Shown here piece by piece: positions 20,201-28,932 of a stretch of DNA of 64,000 nt; position 1 is the first letter of the stretch, and every line of letters starts with the position of its first letter. The stretch comes from a virus. The DNA is taken from positions 1 to 64,000 of IMG/VR virus record IMGVR_UViG_3300017917_003607. The stretch is one strand, 5' to 3'. Position numbers and translations under genes: made by a program. A model generated the notes under the pieces. It worked only from the letters and a program-made list of their open reading frames with translations, did no database searches and was not told the DNA's origin.

Positions 20201-22630
20201 ATATCTAGGTGTTCTAGCTCCATCGGCTTCACTATCTGAATCTTTATCATCTCTACCCGCAGCAATTTGACCATACCCTTGGGATATAAGAACTTCAGTA
20301 AATGGTCCTTCAGTACCATATGGTTGATAAATTGATGGTGTATTAATGTCAGCTAAATAACTTGTATTTATTTCACCAATTGGTGGTCCGTCAGCAACTT
20401 CATAATCACCACAATCACATGAAGAACAATCAGGGTAGGTAATCATAGGAAACTTTATAGGTCCTAATCTCAATCTTGTAATTTTTTTGAAAAATGCACC
20501 TGTAAGGACTCCAACCGCAGCCCACACTAATAGTTCTAAACTTTCTCTCAAAATAGAACCTAATACAGGTCCACCAGCATTTATTAAACCAGCGATTACC
20601 ACACCTGTAGTAACCACCTTATAACCACAATACGCAATAAAAAAGGCGGCGATGAAAACTGCAAAATTATTCCATAAAAATTTTACTAAACTATAAACAG
20701 GTATTAAAATGAAAGCTAAAATACTAATTATTTGAAATAAGCTTTGGATTACTAAAAATAACAAATCAAAGTTTCTAACACCGTCGTTTACGGGAAATTT
20801 GTTTACTTCGCTCTCACAACTTCTATCTAATATTTCTTTAATTGATAAAAATCCACCTGAATTTTTTCCTTTCCTATATTCATCAATTAACTGTGCCGTT
20901 GTATAAACTTTATTGTATGTGAATTCATAGAAAAAATCTTTACACGATATTGCCTCTTGTTTATCAGGATAATCATTCCAATTCAATGAAAAGGAATATG
21001 ATTTCTGTAATAAAGCTTTTCTATAATCCAATCTTGTAAAATTCAACCTAACACTGTAGTATGAATTGAAAGTTTGTGTTCCCGAACCAAAAGTTATTGT
21101 TTTTCTTTTCTTTTGTAAAATAATCTTTAACTGACCTCCGTTTGGTATATCTAACCACTTTGAATTTACTTTTTCAAAACTGTCGGTTGCGTTTGGTCCT
21201 TTGATATAAAACTCAAGTTTCTCGTACTGTCCTTCGACTTTATCAAGAACTAAAGTTGTACCTTGTGGGTTATTAAATGGTTCGGTAATTTCTTCTGTTT
21301 GAAGAGACTCGTTAGTAAATGTAAAGGTTTCGTATGTGTCTACAATTTTATTTGGGTCGTCAGTACTGTTTTCCCACCCGTACTCCTTAATGTTTGGTAT
21401 AAGGTAATTAGCTCGTTGTAACTCCCCTTTTGGATTAAATGCTTGTAGGTTCAAAAGACCAGGACCTATTAAACTTTCACTTGTTTGAATTGCACCTAAT
21501 TCTTTTTCACCATCTTCCCACTTTATTTTAAATCTGTACTTACCTTTTGTTGGTATACCAATTTTTGGGTCATTTGATAATGTTAATTCTCCAAATTCAT
21601 TTGTTGTTACATAATCTAAATTCATTGGGACATCGACAACAAATGCGCCGTTTTCATCAATAACTTTACCACCTTGTTCCAACTGATATTGTTCTAAGAT
21701 TGGGTCTCCATCGGCATCTGAACGTATTGTTTGTCTTATCGCTAATATTCTACCAGGACCTGCAACCATACCACATAGGTCACCTTGTTCAGATTTTGGT
21801 TTACAACTTTTTCTCAAATACGTTTCCTTACTTGAGGACATTATTGACCCCATGAAAGTCGCAACAGGTTCTATTGTAATGTTTGACTCCCTCAAATCAA
21901 AATCGACACGGGTAATTCCAACATCACACTGTCCTTGTACACCCCAAAAACTTGAGATAGCAACAGACTTTGTTTGTGTTACAATTTGTGGTAAAGAAGC
22001 TAAATCTTCAGATGTTTTAAATTGTGCACCATCAAATTGTTTTTCATTGGCTCTACCCATTCTAATTAGGTCCGTTGGTCTCAACGAAAAACAACCCATG
22101 TCAGATAAGTCAACATCCAAAAATATTTGTTGGTTTCCTAAAGGAACTCCTACAATCATGTAATCACCAGATTCATTTGTCTTTACTGTATACTTGTAGT
22201 ACTTGTCATAGATTTTAAGAACTTCTTTTCTTGTTAAAACATCTTCCCTTGTTGGAAATGTTCCTGTGGCTGCATGTCCATCATATGATGGGCTATATGG
22301 AAGAAGGTTATATCTATAACCATCTTCATTTTTGTCAGTAATACTTTTGTAAGGGTATAGTGTGGAAATTACAGGGTCGTTCTCGTCCAAATCATCCAAA
22401 GGAACAAAAACGGAAACTCGTGCGTTCGGTACCCCAAAACCACCATTGGCAACAACTCTTCCAACAATAACACCATAATCAGCACAAAAACGTTGGTATA
22501 CATCAGATTGAGTTAACTTAAGTGATAATACCTCCAAGAAATCAAAATCTTGGTCTATCTGTACTCTTATTGTTTTATCTGAACCAGGTGTACCATCAAC
22601 AGACGTTCTTATCCTATAACTTTTCGGCAT
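17240..22630 (-). CDS. Very large baseplate-associated protein with an internal hydrophobic (TM-like) segment
   Basis: 1796 aa, directly downstream of the gp6-like gene; about 90-aa hydrophobic stretch followed by CSSCDC. Confidence 0.6.
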   Translation of the reverse strand: MPKSYRIRTSVDGTPGSDKTIRVQIDQDFDFLEVLSLKLTQSDVYQRFCADYGVIVGRVVANGGFGVPNARVSVFVPLDDLDENDPVISTLYPYKSITDKNEDGYRYNLLPYSPSYDGHAATGTFPTREDVLTRKEVLKIYDKYYKYTVKTNESGDYMIVGVPLGNQQIFLDVDLSDMGCFSLRPTDLIRMGRANEKQFDGAQFKTSEDLASLPQIVTQTKSVAISSFWGVQGQCDVGITRVDFDLRESNITIEPVATFMGSIMSSSKETYLRKSCKPKSEQGDLCGMVAGPGRILAIRQTIRSDADGDPILEQYQLEQGGKVIDENGAFVVDVPMNLDYVTTNEFGELTLSNDPKIGIPTKGKYRFKIKWEDGEKELGAIQTSESLIGPGLLNLQAFNPKGELQRANYLIPNIKEYGWENSTDDPNKIVDTYETFTFTNESLQTEEITEPFNNPQGTTLVLDKVEGQYEKLEFYIKGPNATDSFEKVNSKWLDIPNGGQLKIILQKKRKTITFGSGTQTFNSYYSVRLNFTRLDYRKALLQKSYSFSLNWNDYPDKQEAISCKDFFYEFTYNKVYTTAQLIDEYRKGKNSGGFLSIKEILDRSCESEVNKFPVNDGVRNFDLLFLVIQSLFQIISILAFILIPVYSLVKFLWNNFAVFIAAFFIAYCGYKVVTTGVVIAGLINAGGPVLGSILRESLELLVWAAVGVLTGAFFKKITRLRLGPIKFPMITYPDCSSCDCGDYEVADGPPIGEINTSYLADINTPSIYQPYGTEGPFTEVLISQGYGQIAAGRDDKDSDSEADGARTPRYEFRNNDYWTSGKLDPDQTGNGDDCATEDKQQYTLPIPERVNLYNTKAHYFNNTSGGMSNRIKIYPNYSGNGATVSSYTNAAFYEDQPLVVLCDRGFLSTFSAGTMLSFVSANNTKDINVSGVTSEKNLLGTRNVTGSTPTLGTTKITIQYADPSNSSNLIPITKQFTIQQNLYSGVTSYNFPSDIEYYQIVTGYTLLQLSQIVNGNTIDYSYYNNSFYRRVIKGEMNVAWAFRDEENDRVIGNSFCNGVDKQIAIDQIPQEIRNNLVAVVMMKGVDPYSPRQRTKIDVSRVFGTKEGTMVTDLEYKLNIPIQPDLNLKQHTDYTSNVGTQIFYPSYFFTPSTQTTTEKNWRYSAFTTNNHRLYSSYNGSKNTGNDKEGNKFLTPGIDGYYPFEYVGGGSEMARVFFKTPVGYYLKYDDGEYKRKNERNEDVGDSKYYRSVYTPTGNTLNMSSNVNIVMRTDRLPRSDAFDNNFVLAQNKAFAMYVVPDKGYADVPLVAVANANDFSRGQSEDFQEDYGSQVTSVLSSFSCDSIVPLGAYEQLPGQALRIKPKPNPVYDNGGVQGFPKVVKGCYVVCERDLAIAGDLEVFSEWKARYILGFALCRNIFGMTFTNQWVNGVLYMPGFQNDRIYRGLDTTSRPGAGPNAFGNYDFCKDKITFRLENNSFFYRSSPFNQIEGKFIGKDSGQTDPKIGSNKYFLGNPTTIVDLGPKDNLIKFVCAKPEFQGYYMDTLKPSSYNSISDLAQFFVVSRLANAKFLQLMFSAKSGSVSQLFSRNGKKIDGDFAQLNSINSEIGVTPFSPETYKDENLFYDGRPDATIGVFFTASTTTRDYITPGRQIFIDTPTKFAYDTFGIKSQIVPMYRWKLDNQTVIDGKISIFGSEKNEWLTDDPNKFVITPYQGIDRLNDGTYYKSSVKNPTTQRPGYIYDSSGLTDSKGVVTGFTFDGFADPGSPNEIMVGAPFHFYFGLKAGKTAYDIFVKRNLIDL

Positions 22631-22701
22631 GTGCTAATCTTTTCCATAAATAGTTTATGTGTGATTTTAATAAAATAGTCAAAGTAAAAACCTTGTGAAG
22701 A

Positions 22702-24522
22702 TTACTGTTGAACTCTAATACCTATATCGTTGTTTGGGAATCTGATTTGATAAAATTCTGTTGGTTGCGCATAAACAATATCATTAATCAATTTAATTTG
22801 TTTAGTCGCTTTATCTTCATATTTTTGGGATGTTTGTGATGAAGAATATTTCCCACCGACTCTATTGAAAACGTTAACAGTTGATACGTTCGCAACTCCT
22901 TGTATTCCTTGTACAATTCTTTTGATTTCAGATACCAAAACATTCTGACCAAATTCTCTTGATTGTGGTAACATATAATCATTAACTTGAGAAACAATTT
23001 CTGAGATTATTGCATTTTGGTTTGATGTTTTTAATAGTGAAACATATATCTCAAAAGCTAAATCAATTGCCTTTCCAGTATCAACTTGTATGTAATCATT
23101 CATCATCCTATAGTTAGATAGATAAGTTGCAATGTTATCTTTCATAACTTGAGGTACATTTTGGGTCATTTTACCATCAGAATCTTGATTCAATAAAATT
23201 ATATTAATTTTATTGTTGTTTTCTAATACACCAACTTTCGCGGGTACACCAAATTGACCAGGCATTTTAGAAAGTAAAAGATAATAATCACCGATTGTTA
23301 CTGCTCTGTTTTGTGATGAAAAATTAAATGTAACAAGTTGTCTAACTTCTTCAACTGATGGTGGGTTCGCACCTCCAATAGCCGCTGTAACATTGTTTAC
23401 TTGTATTGAGTTTCTAACTGCATTTGCAACTTGTACTGAATTACCATTAACCACAAAATCTACGGTACCAACAGTATTAATTGTATTTACCCCCACGTTA
23501 CTTGCTAATCCTCCGCCAACTCTATATTGTATAAATAAAGTTGTATTTGCCTTTGGTATTGTTCCTAAACTTAAATTATTTTGATAGTCATTTAATCGTA
23601 ATGGAACTCCTGTTTGTGCAAAATTTGCCAACTGAGCATTTGTTGTTGTATTACCACCACCAAATGTAATTTTCATAAAATTTTCAGGAGTAAACTCAGT
23701 CATGAATTTTGTTTCAGGTTTGATGTATCTACCTACTTTAATCCCTGCAGCATCTACTGGTTTTGTTGGGTCGGGAACAAACACATATTCTTCAGATAAA
23801 GAAGGAACTTCGTACCATTTACCTATTGTTGATAAAAATTCCGAATTAGATGGAACATTGTTATATGTAATACCGTCCTTTTGAATTATTGCTGTTACAC
23901 CCAAAACATTTCTTTCAGGTAAAAACAAACTTAAAAATGGAGTGGCGTCGGCAGGTGTAATTACTTTTTTGAATACTTTGGTAACACCGTTAACTAAAAC
24001 TTCTCTTTTAGTTATGTTATAACTACTGTAATTACCTTGAGCATCAAGTACAGGTATTACCTTTTGGTTTGGTATTCCATTTGCGTCAAAATTAGATGCA
24101 AAATTAATATCATTTACGTTTTCAAAAGTTTGCCCCGCTCCAATGAATTGTGAACCAGCCTTAATCACACCCATATAATCTACGTTAGGAAATTGTCCTG
24201 TTGAAACAGGGACGTTAATACTTATGTCACAAACAACCACTGATGGTCTATTTCCTGGTATTTTTAAACCGTATGTTCTGGCTATATTGTAAATTGAGCT
24301 TCTTTGTTGTGCAAATTCTAAAACTGTCTCTTGGATACTTCTATCTATGTGATAATGTAGGTTGTCAGTTACAGCCGCGTTTAGGTCCATTAAAACAGAA
24401 TAAATTGAAGCGTCGTTAAAATTATCAATAAGGTCAGGGTAATACCTTCTTGTATAATCAATTAATTCTTGTCTGAGAGCCGCAAAATCTCTGACCGTAT
24501 ATGATATTCTTCTTTCTGCCAT
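22702..24522 (-). CDS. Baseplate wedge subunit (T4 gp6 / baseplate J-like)
   Basis: RDFAALRQELIDY, QETVLEFAQQRSSIYNIARTYG, GGANPPSVEEVR and QNRAVTIGDY motifs. Confidence 0.9.
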   Translation of the reverse strand: MAERRISYTVRDFAALRQELIDYTRRYYPDLIDNFNDASIYSVLMDLNAAVTDNLHYHIDRSIQETVLEFAQQRSSIYNIARTYGLKIPGNRPSVVVCDISINVPVSTGQFPNVDYMGVIKAGSQFIGAGQTFENVNDINFASNFDANGIPNQKVIPVLDAQGNYSSYNITKREVLVNGVTKVFKKVITPADATPFLSLFLPERNVLGVTAIIQKDGITYNNVPSNSEFLSTIGKWYEVPSLSEEYVFVPDPTKPVDAAGIKVGRYIKPETKFMTEFTPENFMKITFGGGNTTTNAQLANFAQTGVPLRLNDYQNNLSLGTIPKANTTLFIQYRVGGGLASNVGVNTINTVGTVDFVVNGNSVQVANAVRNSIQVNNVTAAIGGANPPSVEEVRQLVTFNFSSQNRAVTIGDYYLLLSKMPGQFGVPAKVGVLENNNKINIILLNQDSDGKMTQNVPQVMKDNIATYLSNYRMMNDYIQVDTGKAIDLAFEIYVSLLKTSNQNAIISEIVSQVNDYMLPQSREFGQNVLVSEIKRIVQGIQGVANVSTVNVFNRVGGKYSSSQTSQKYEDKATKQIKLINDIVYAQPTEFYQIRFPNNDIGIRVQQ

Positions 24523-24528
24523 TTAATA

Positions 24529-24987
24529 TTAAATATTGATAATTATAAAATCCCTTGACTGAAATGTATTATCACTAATAGTATAGTCAATCCTCATTTT
24601 AGCGGTATATTCTTCAGTCCCTCTTCCCGCAACCCTGTAAACACCACTACCTAAATTTTCTGTATTGAGTGTTCCCTCAGACTCATACTCGTTATAAGGT
24701 AATATTATTATATCATTAATAATAAGGTTAGGAATATATTTTGCAACATTATCTCTAATGTCATCCTTCAAAGCTTCAAATGTTATACCGTCTAAAGGTT
24801 CAAAAATAAATTCGAATATTTTTGTACCAAAATCAGGTAAATAATATCTACTACCTTTTCTAGTTAAAATTAAATGAACTAAATTACTTCTTATTTCCTC
24901 ATCGGGATTTTGTGATAATGAAACATAGTCCCCTTTTATTGAATTTCTGAAGGGAAAATTTATACCGTATGTAACTCCATTAGCCAT
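24529..24987 (-). CDS. Baseplate wedge / sheath initiator (T4 gp25-like)
   Basis: LILTRKGSRYYLPDFGT..FIFEP motif; start revised to MANG at 24987, just after a TATTTAT motif. Confidence 0.9.
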   Translation of the reverse strand: MANGVTYGINFPFRNSIKGDYVSLSQNPDEEIRSNLVHLILTRKGSRYYLPDFGTKIFEFIFEPLDGITFEALKDDIRDNVAKYIPNLIINDIIILPYNEYESEGTLNTENLGSGVYRVAGRGTEEYTAKMRIDYTISDNTFQSRDFIIINI

Positions 24988-25192
24988 TTTCAATAAATAT
25001 AGTTGTGTTCCCTTTTTTGTGAGCAGGATAAAAAGGACAATGTCTACAACCCGAACCACAACAATATCCTCGTTTTAAATGAAATTCTTTTGTAAATACA
25101 TATTTTCCATCTTCAATGTAAAAAGAAGAAGGGGAAAGTTGTTCACTTCCCCCCTCCTGTTTGGTTTCAATGTTGATTTTATTTGATTTCAC
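24980..25192 (-). CDS. Small Cys-rich DUF5522-like protein
   Basis: YIEDGKYVFTKEFHLKRGYCCGSGCRHCPF; only GTG starts (25192 or 25207), both inside the nrdJ 3' end. Confidence 0.75.
   Translation of the reverse strand: MKSNKINIETKQEGGSEQLSPSSFYIEDGKYVFTKEFHLKRGYCCGSGCRHCPFYPAHKKGNTTIFIENG
25120..25158 (-). terminator. Terminator-like hairpin after nrdJ, inside the DUF5522 ORF
   Basis: AGGAGGGGGGAAGT-GAACA-ACTTTCCCCTTCTT, 14 bp including G-U pairs, followed by CTTTTT. Confidence 0.6.
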
Positions 25193-27038
25193 AAGCTCCG
25201 CCAGCACAAGCTAATTCACCACTTAAATCAGTTTCATCAGACATCTCAACAACTTTTGACAAATCAATTGTGTTAAGTTTTGAGAATAATCTTTCGTATT
25301 CTTCTTTCGTACAATCTTCAAATGGTGCTTGAATATAAGTTCCGCCATCGTAAGGAAGTACTGACAATCCGTTATAGAAGTCACGATTTTCCCACATCCA
25401 CTCACCAGCTAATTCCCAATCTTCAGGTTTTAAACTGATAGTTGCAGATACGTTGTGTGTGTTTGAACCTGTTCTGTGACCAGGTCTTACCCATTCTTGA
25501 GTAATCTTTTTAACACGGTCTAACAATTGGAATGGTGATTCTGTTCTCAGAATTGCTCCTTCAGGTGCTTTTTGTGGTACCGAAATAACCGCAGTATCGT
25601 GTGGTCTGAAATATTCATCTTCAACCAATTCAGGATGGAAGATAGACAAATATTGGTAAATAGCCTCATTCTTACCTACACGGATTCTACGAATGTAGTA
25701 ATCATTATGCCAAGCGTGAATACCTGAAGATGTACCCAAAGTCAACGAAGTTGTACCTGCTGGTTTTACAGTTGTTGTACGAGCCGATTTGTTGATACCA
25801 ATAAGTTCAGCAACTCTTGCATTTTCTTCTTTTACAAGTTTAGCAGCTTCTTTCATGTCGTAACCTAAAACCACGCCCGAACCAATACCTGTCATTGATA
25901 CACCGATAAGAGCTTCTTTTTCAGTTGTACGTTTCCACACATCTCTCAAGTAATGGAAATCAGTATATCCAGCTTGAAGTGTTCCTATAAACGCTGCCGC
26001 CTTGACACGATTGTTTAAATCTTCTTGTGATTCAATATCAGAAACATTTACCTCACAAAGGTTACAGAATTGATTTGGTCTCAAAGCAATTTCACAACAT
26101 GGATTGGTTCCCCAATCTTTATCGTTTGTAAAATAGATACCAGGTTCACCCGCACCTGAAGCTTCAACACGTTTCCACAAATCCATAAAAAATTCTTTTG
26201 TAATTTTGTGTCTAACCAAAGCTGCTGAGTTGTTTGCTCTACCTCTTTGTGGGTTTGTTTCCCACCACGCACCTGACTTACAAGCAATCATTTCATGGTC
26301 ATCAGCAGAGAACAATGAAATCAAAGCGGCTCTACGAATACCACCTGCAAGAACTGCGTCTGCAATGTGACATACCATATCATGTACTTCAATTGGTGTT
26401 AGTTTATCACCATCTTCTTTAGCATCTAACATTCCCTTCAATTTGTGAAGACAATCTTTTAGTGGTTGAGGACCTGGTGCTTTACCACCTGATGTTACAA
26501 GTTGTGCTCCTTTTGGTCTGATATCTGAAAAATCAAAATCAGGTGTTGATAGGTTTTCACCGAAGTATGACTTCATCAATACTTTAATTGCGTCAGCCCA
26601 ACCTTCGATAGAATCACCAACCAAGAATCTTCTTGTTCTGTTTGAATTTGGTTTTCTAATCTCAGGTAATTTATCTACGTGATGTTTTTGCACTGAATAC
26701 CCAACACCTGTTCCACCCAATAACAAAAACATTGTTTCTGAAAATGCGTCCAAGTGGTCGATAGGTAAATAAGCACAGTTGTAAATTCTGTTTGGTGAAA
26801 TTTCAATTGGTTTTCCACCGAATTGCATTGACCTCATAGAAGGTAATACTTTTTTATCATAAACATATTTGTATACCTTCATAATTTCGCCACCTAAATG
26901 TGGGTACTTTTTGATATGCATGTTCATGTTTCTTGTTACTAGTTCTTCCCAAGTTTCTCTTCTGTTAAACTCAGGTACAAATTTAGCGTACTTCATGTGG
27001 ACAGTTAAGTCCGACAGTATCTTTTGTGATGCGTCCAT
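25179..27038 (-). CDS. nrdJ: Class II (adenosylcobalamin-dependent) ribonucleotide reductase
   Basis: IYNCAY, TNPCCEI and TTVKPAGTTS motifs; C-terminal CAGGAC; no beta-subunit gene nearby. Confidence 0.9.
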   Translation of the reverse strand: MDASQKILSDLTVHMKYAKFVPEFNRRETWEELVTRNMNMHIKKYPHLGGEIMKVYKYVYDKKVLPSMRSMQFGGKPIEISPNRIYNCAYLPIDHLDAFSETMFLLLGGTGVGYSVQKHHVDKLPEIRKPNSNRTRRFLVGDSIEGWADAIKVLMKSYFGENLSTPDFDFSDIRPKGAQLVTSGGKAPGPQPLKDCLHKLKGMLDAKEDGDKLTPIEVHDMVCHIADAVLAGGIRRAALISLFSADDHEMIACKSGAWWETNPQRGRANNSAALVRHKITKEFFMDLWKRVEASGAGEPGIYFTNDKDWGTNPCCEIALRPNQFCNLCEVNVSDIESQEDLNNRVKAAAFIGTLQAGYTDFHYLRDVWKRTTEKEALIGVSMTGIGSGVVLGYDMKEAAKLVKEENARVAELIGINKSARTTTVKPAGTTSLTLGTSSGIHAWHNDYYIRRIRVGKNEAIYQYLSIFHPELVEDEYFRPHDTAVISVPQKAPEGAILRTESPFQLLDRVKKITQEWVRPGHRTGSNTHNVSATISLKPEDWELAGEWMWENRDFYNGLSVLPYDGGTYIQAPFEDCTKEEYERLFSKLNTIDLSKVVEMSDETDLSGELACAGGACEIK

Positions 27039-27062
27039 ATAATTTTTTTAATCTCCTTAAAT

Positions 27063-28442
27063 TTAATTTATTGTTTGTTGTTGTTTTCTTTTCGCCAATA
27101 ATTCATTGACTCTGTTTCTATTTCTTTCTTCCTTTTGTTCCTCTAATCCTAAGAATGTTACCGAACTTTCAGTATCAATTTGCATTAGTTCGTTATCAAA
27201 TTTACAATTTTCAAACACGATACCATCACGACCAATTCTTGATTTGGTAATAGCTATTGTCGCGAGTTTCATTTCTTTTTGTTGAAGACTCTTTGCAACT
27301 GAAATAATAACGTGTCCTACTTGTGCTTTCTTGATTGAACCGCCCATTTGGTCTGTGGTTACAACATCTGAAGAAATAGAACTTCTGTTTCCTTGTGTCG
27401 CGGTCCATCCCGCAACATCAAGTTCGTGACACAATGCCTCGTAAGCTCTCATAACTGAGCCTTCACTCTTCCACTCGTCACCTAAATTTTTATCAGGTAC
27501 TATACAATCAATATAATCCAAAACTATCAAATCAATCTTATTACCTTCAGCAATCATTTTTCTTACTTGGTTTTTGATTTGAGACATAGTTAAAGTGTCT
27601 GAGGGATATTTTTTCAAAATTAATTTATTTTTAGTATTTTCCCTAATTTCTCTAACTTTTTCCATAACTTCTTCTTTGTAGAAAGATAACTCATCAGGCG
27701 CAATACCTGTCCACATTGTGAAGTGTTTTCTTTGGATAATTTTTGGGTTGTCTTCAAAGAATATTTGAAGAACGTTGTAACCCAAATTGAATGCATGGTT
27801 TGCGATTTTTGAAAGTACTGTGGTTTTACCTACACCTGTTGGAGCCAATATTACCCCTAATTCTCCCTTTGCCAATCCGCCTTTTAATAGGTTGTCAATA
27901 CCTGGGATTCCAATAGGAATTGGGTGACGGTAATCATCATCTAATACTTCATCTAAGTTTGTAAACACATCTTGTTCACCCTCCTCAATTTCACCTACCT
28001 GAAGAGCTTTATTAACCATTTCTTCTAATTGGTCATAACTTTCGAAATCACCTTTGTCGATGATTTTTTGGGCCTTAGTCATTACTTTCTGTAGCTCTTG
28101 TTGCTTACAGAACTTAAGTGCCTTTTCAATTACGAACTGATGACCTTCTAAATTAGAATCTTTGATTTGAATTAATGTGTCTTGTACTATTCTTCTCGCA
28201 GCCTCTGATGCGATTTCGGAACGAGTCAATTGGTCTAATGTGTCAAATGAGGGAACACTCTCATACTTCTTATAATACTCTTTAATCATTTGAACGATGA
28301 TTTTGAAGTACTGATTATCGAAATATTTTGAATCCAAAACGTCAATAATAGAACGAGCAAAATCTTTGTTAATGATTAATTGATTAATAAGTTGTATTTG
28401 AAAAGTGTTACCTAAATAACCGAAATTTTTGTCGTTCCCCAT
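27063..28442 (-). CDS. Replicative DNA helicase (DnaB / T4 gp41-like)
   Basis: APTGVGKT Walker A, IVLDYID Walker B, TATQGNR. Confidence 0.92.
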   Translation of the reverse strand: MGNDKNFGYLGNTFQIQLINQLIINKDFARSIIDVLDSKYFDNQYFKIIVQMIKEYYKKYESVPSFDTLDQLTRSEIASEAARRIVQDTLIQIKDSNLEGHQFVIEKALKFCKQQELQKVMTKAQKIIDKGDFESYDQLEEMVNKALQVGEIEEGEQDVFTNLDEVLDDDYRHPIPIGIPGIDNLLKGGLAKGELGVILAPTGVGKTTVLSKIANHAFNLGYNVLQIFFEDNPKIIQRKHFTMWTGIAPDELSFYKEEVMEKVREIRENTKNKLILKKYPSDTLTMSQIKNQVRKMIAEGNKIDLIVLDYIDCIVPDKNLGDEWKSEGSVMRAYEALCHELDVAGWTATQGNRSSISSDVVTTDQMGGSIKKAQVGHVIISVAKSLQQKEMKLATIAITKSRIGRDGIVFENCKFDNELMQIDTESSVTFLGLEEQKEERNRNRVNELLAKRKQQQTIN

Positions 28443-28475
28443 AACTATTTTTTAGACCTGTTTTGATAAATACTA

Positions 28476-28931
28476 TCAAGCGAGTTGATAGTTCAAATAT
28501 GTTTTAGAAAAATTTTTGCCTGAAAAAATGTCAGTCAATTCAGCTAGTATATTTTTTATGTCTGGTCGTATATCCACGGTGTATCTAGCCTTTGGTGGGT
28601 ATGGTTTTGCGTCAAACCCTCTCTGACAAATTGTCTGTTCTCCAAGTTTGATAGAGACGTTGAACCACTCGGGTCCATCGGTTTTTGATGTGTTCATAAC
28701 TGAAGGGTCGTTGATAATCAACTCCTTGTTTTCGTTCATGTAATCGTGGGTCTTTAACCATAACTGGTCTTGGAGAACCTCACAAACCCACGATAGTGCT
28801 TCGTTAATTTCTAAACTATAACGACACTCCTCGTTAAAGTTCCTGACATTAAAAAATCTCTGCACTACGATGTTTTCGTTAAGTTTTACCAAGAATTCCA
28901 CTTTCGTCGCGTCCATTTGTTTTTCTTTCAT
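28476..28931 (-). CDS. Hypothetical protein
   Basis: 151-aa ORF within the replication operon. Confidence 0.6.
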   Translation of the reverse strand: MKEKQMDATKVEFLVKLNENIVVQRFFNVRNFNEECRYSLEINEALSWVCEVLQDQLWLKTHDYMNENKELIINDPSVMNTSKTDGPEWFNVSIKLGEQTICQRGFDAKPYPPKARYTVDIRPDIKNILAELTDIFSGKNFSKTYLNYQLA

Positions 28932-28932
28932 A

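Noticed and set aside
24988-25059. N-terminal extension of gp25 in the track
   Set aside because: It overlaps the DUF5522-like ORF; MANG at 24987 follows the TATTTAT motif.
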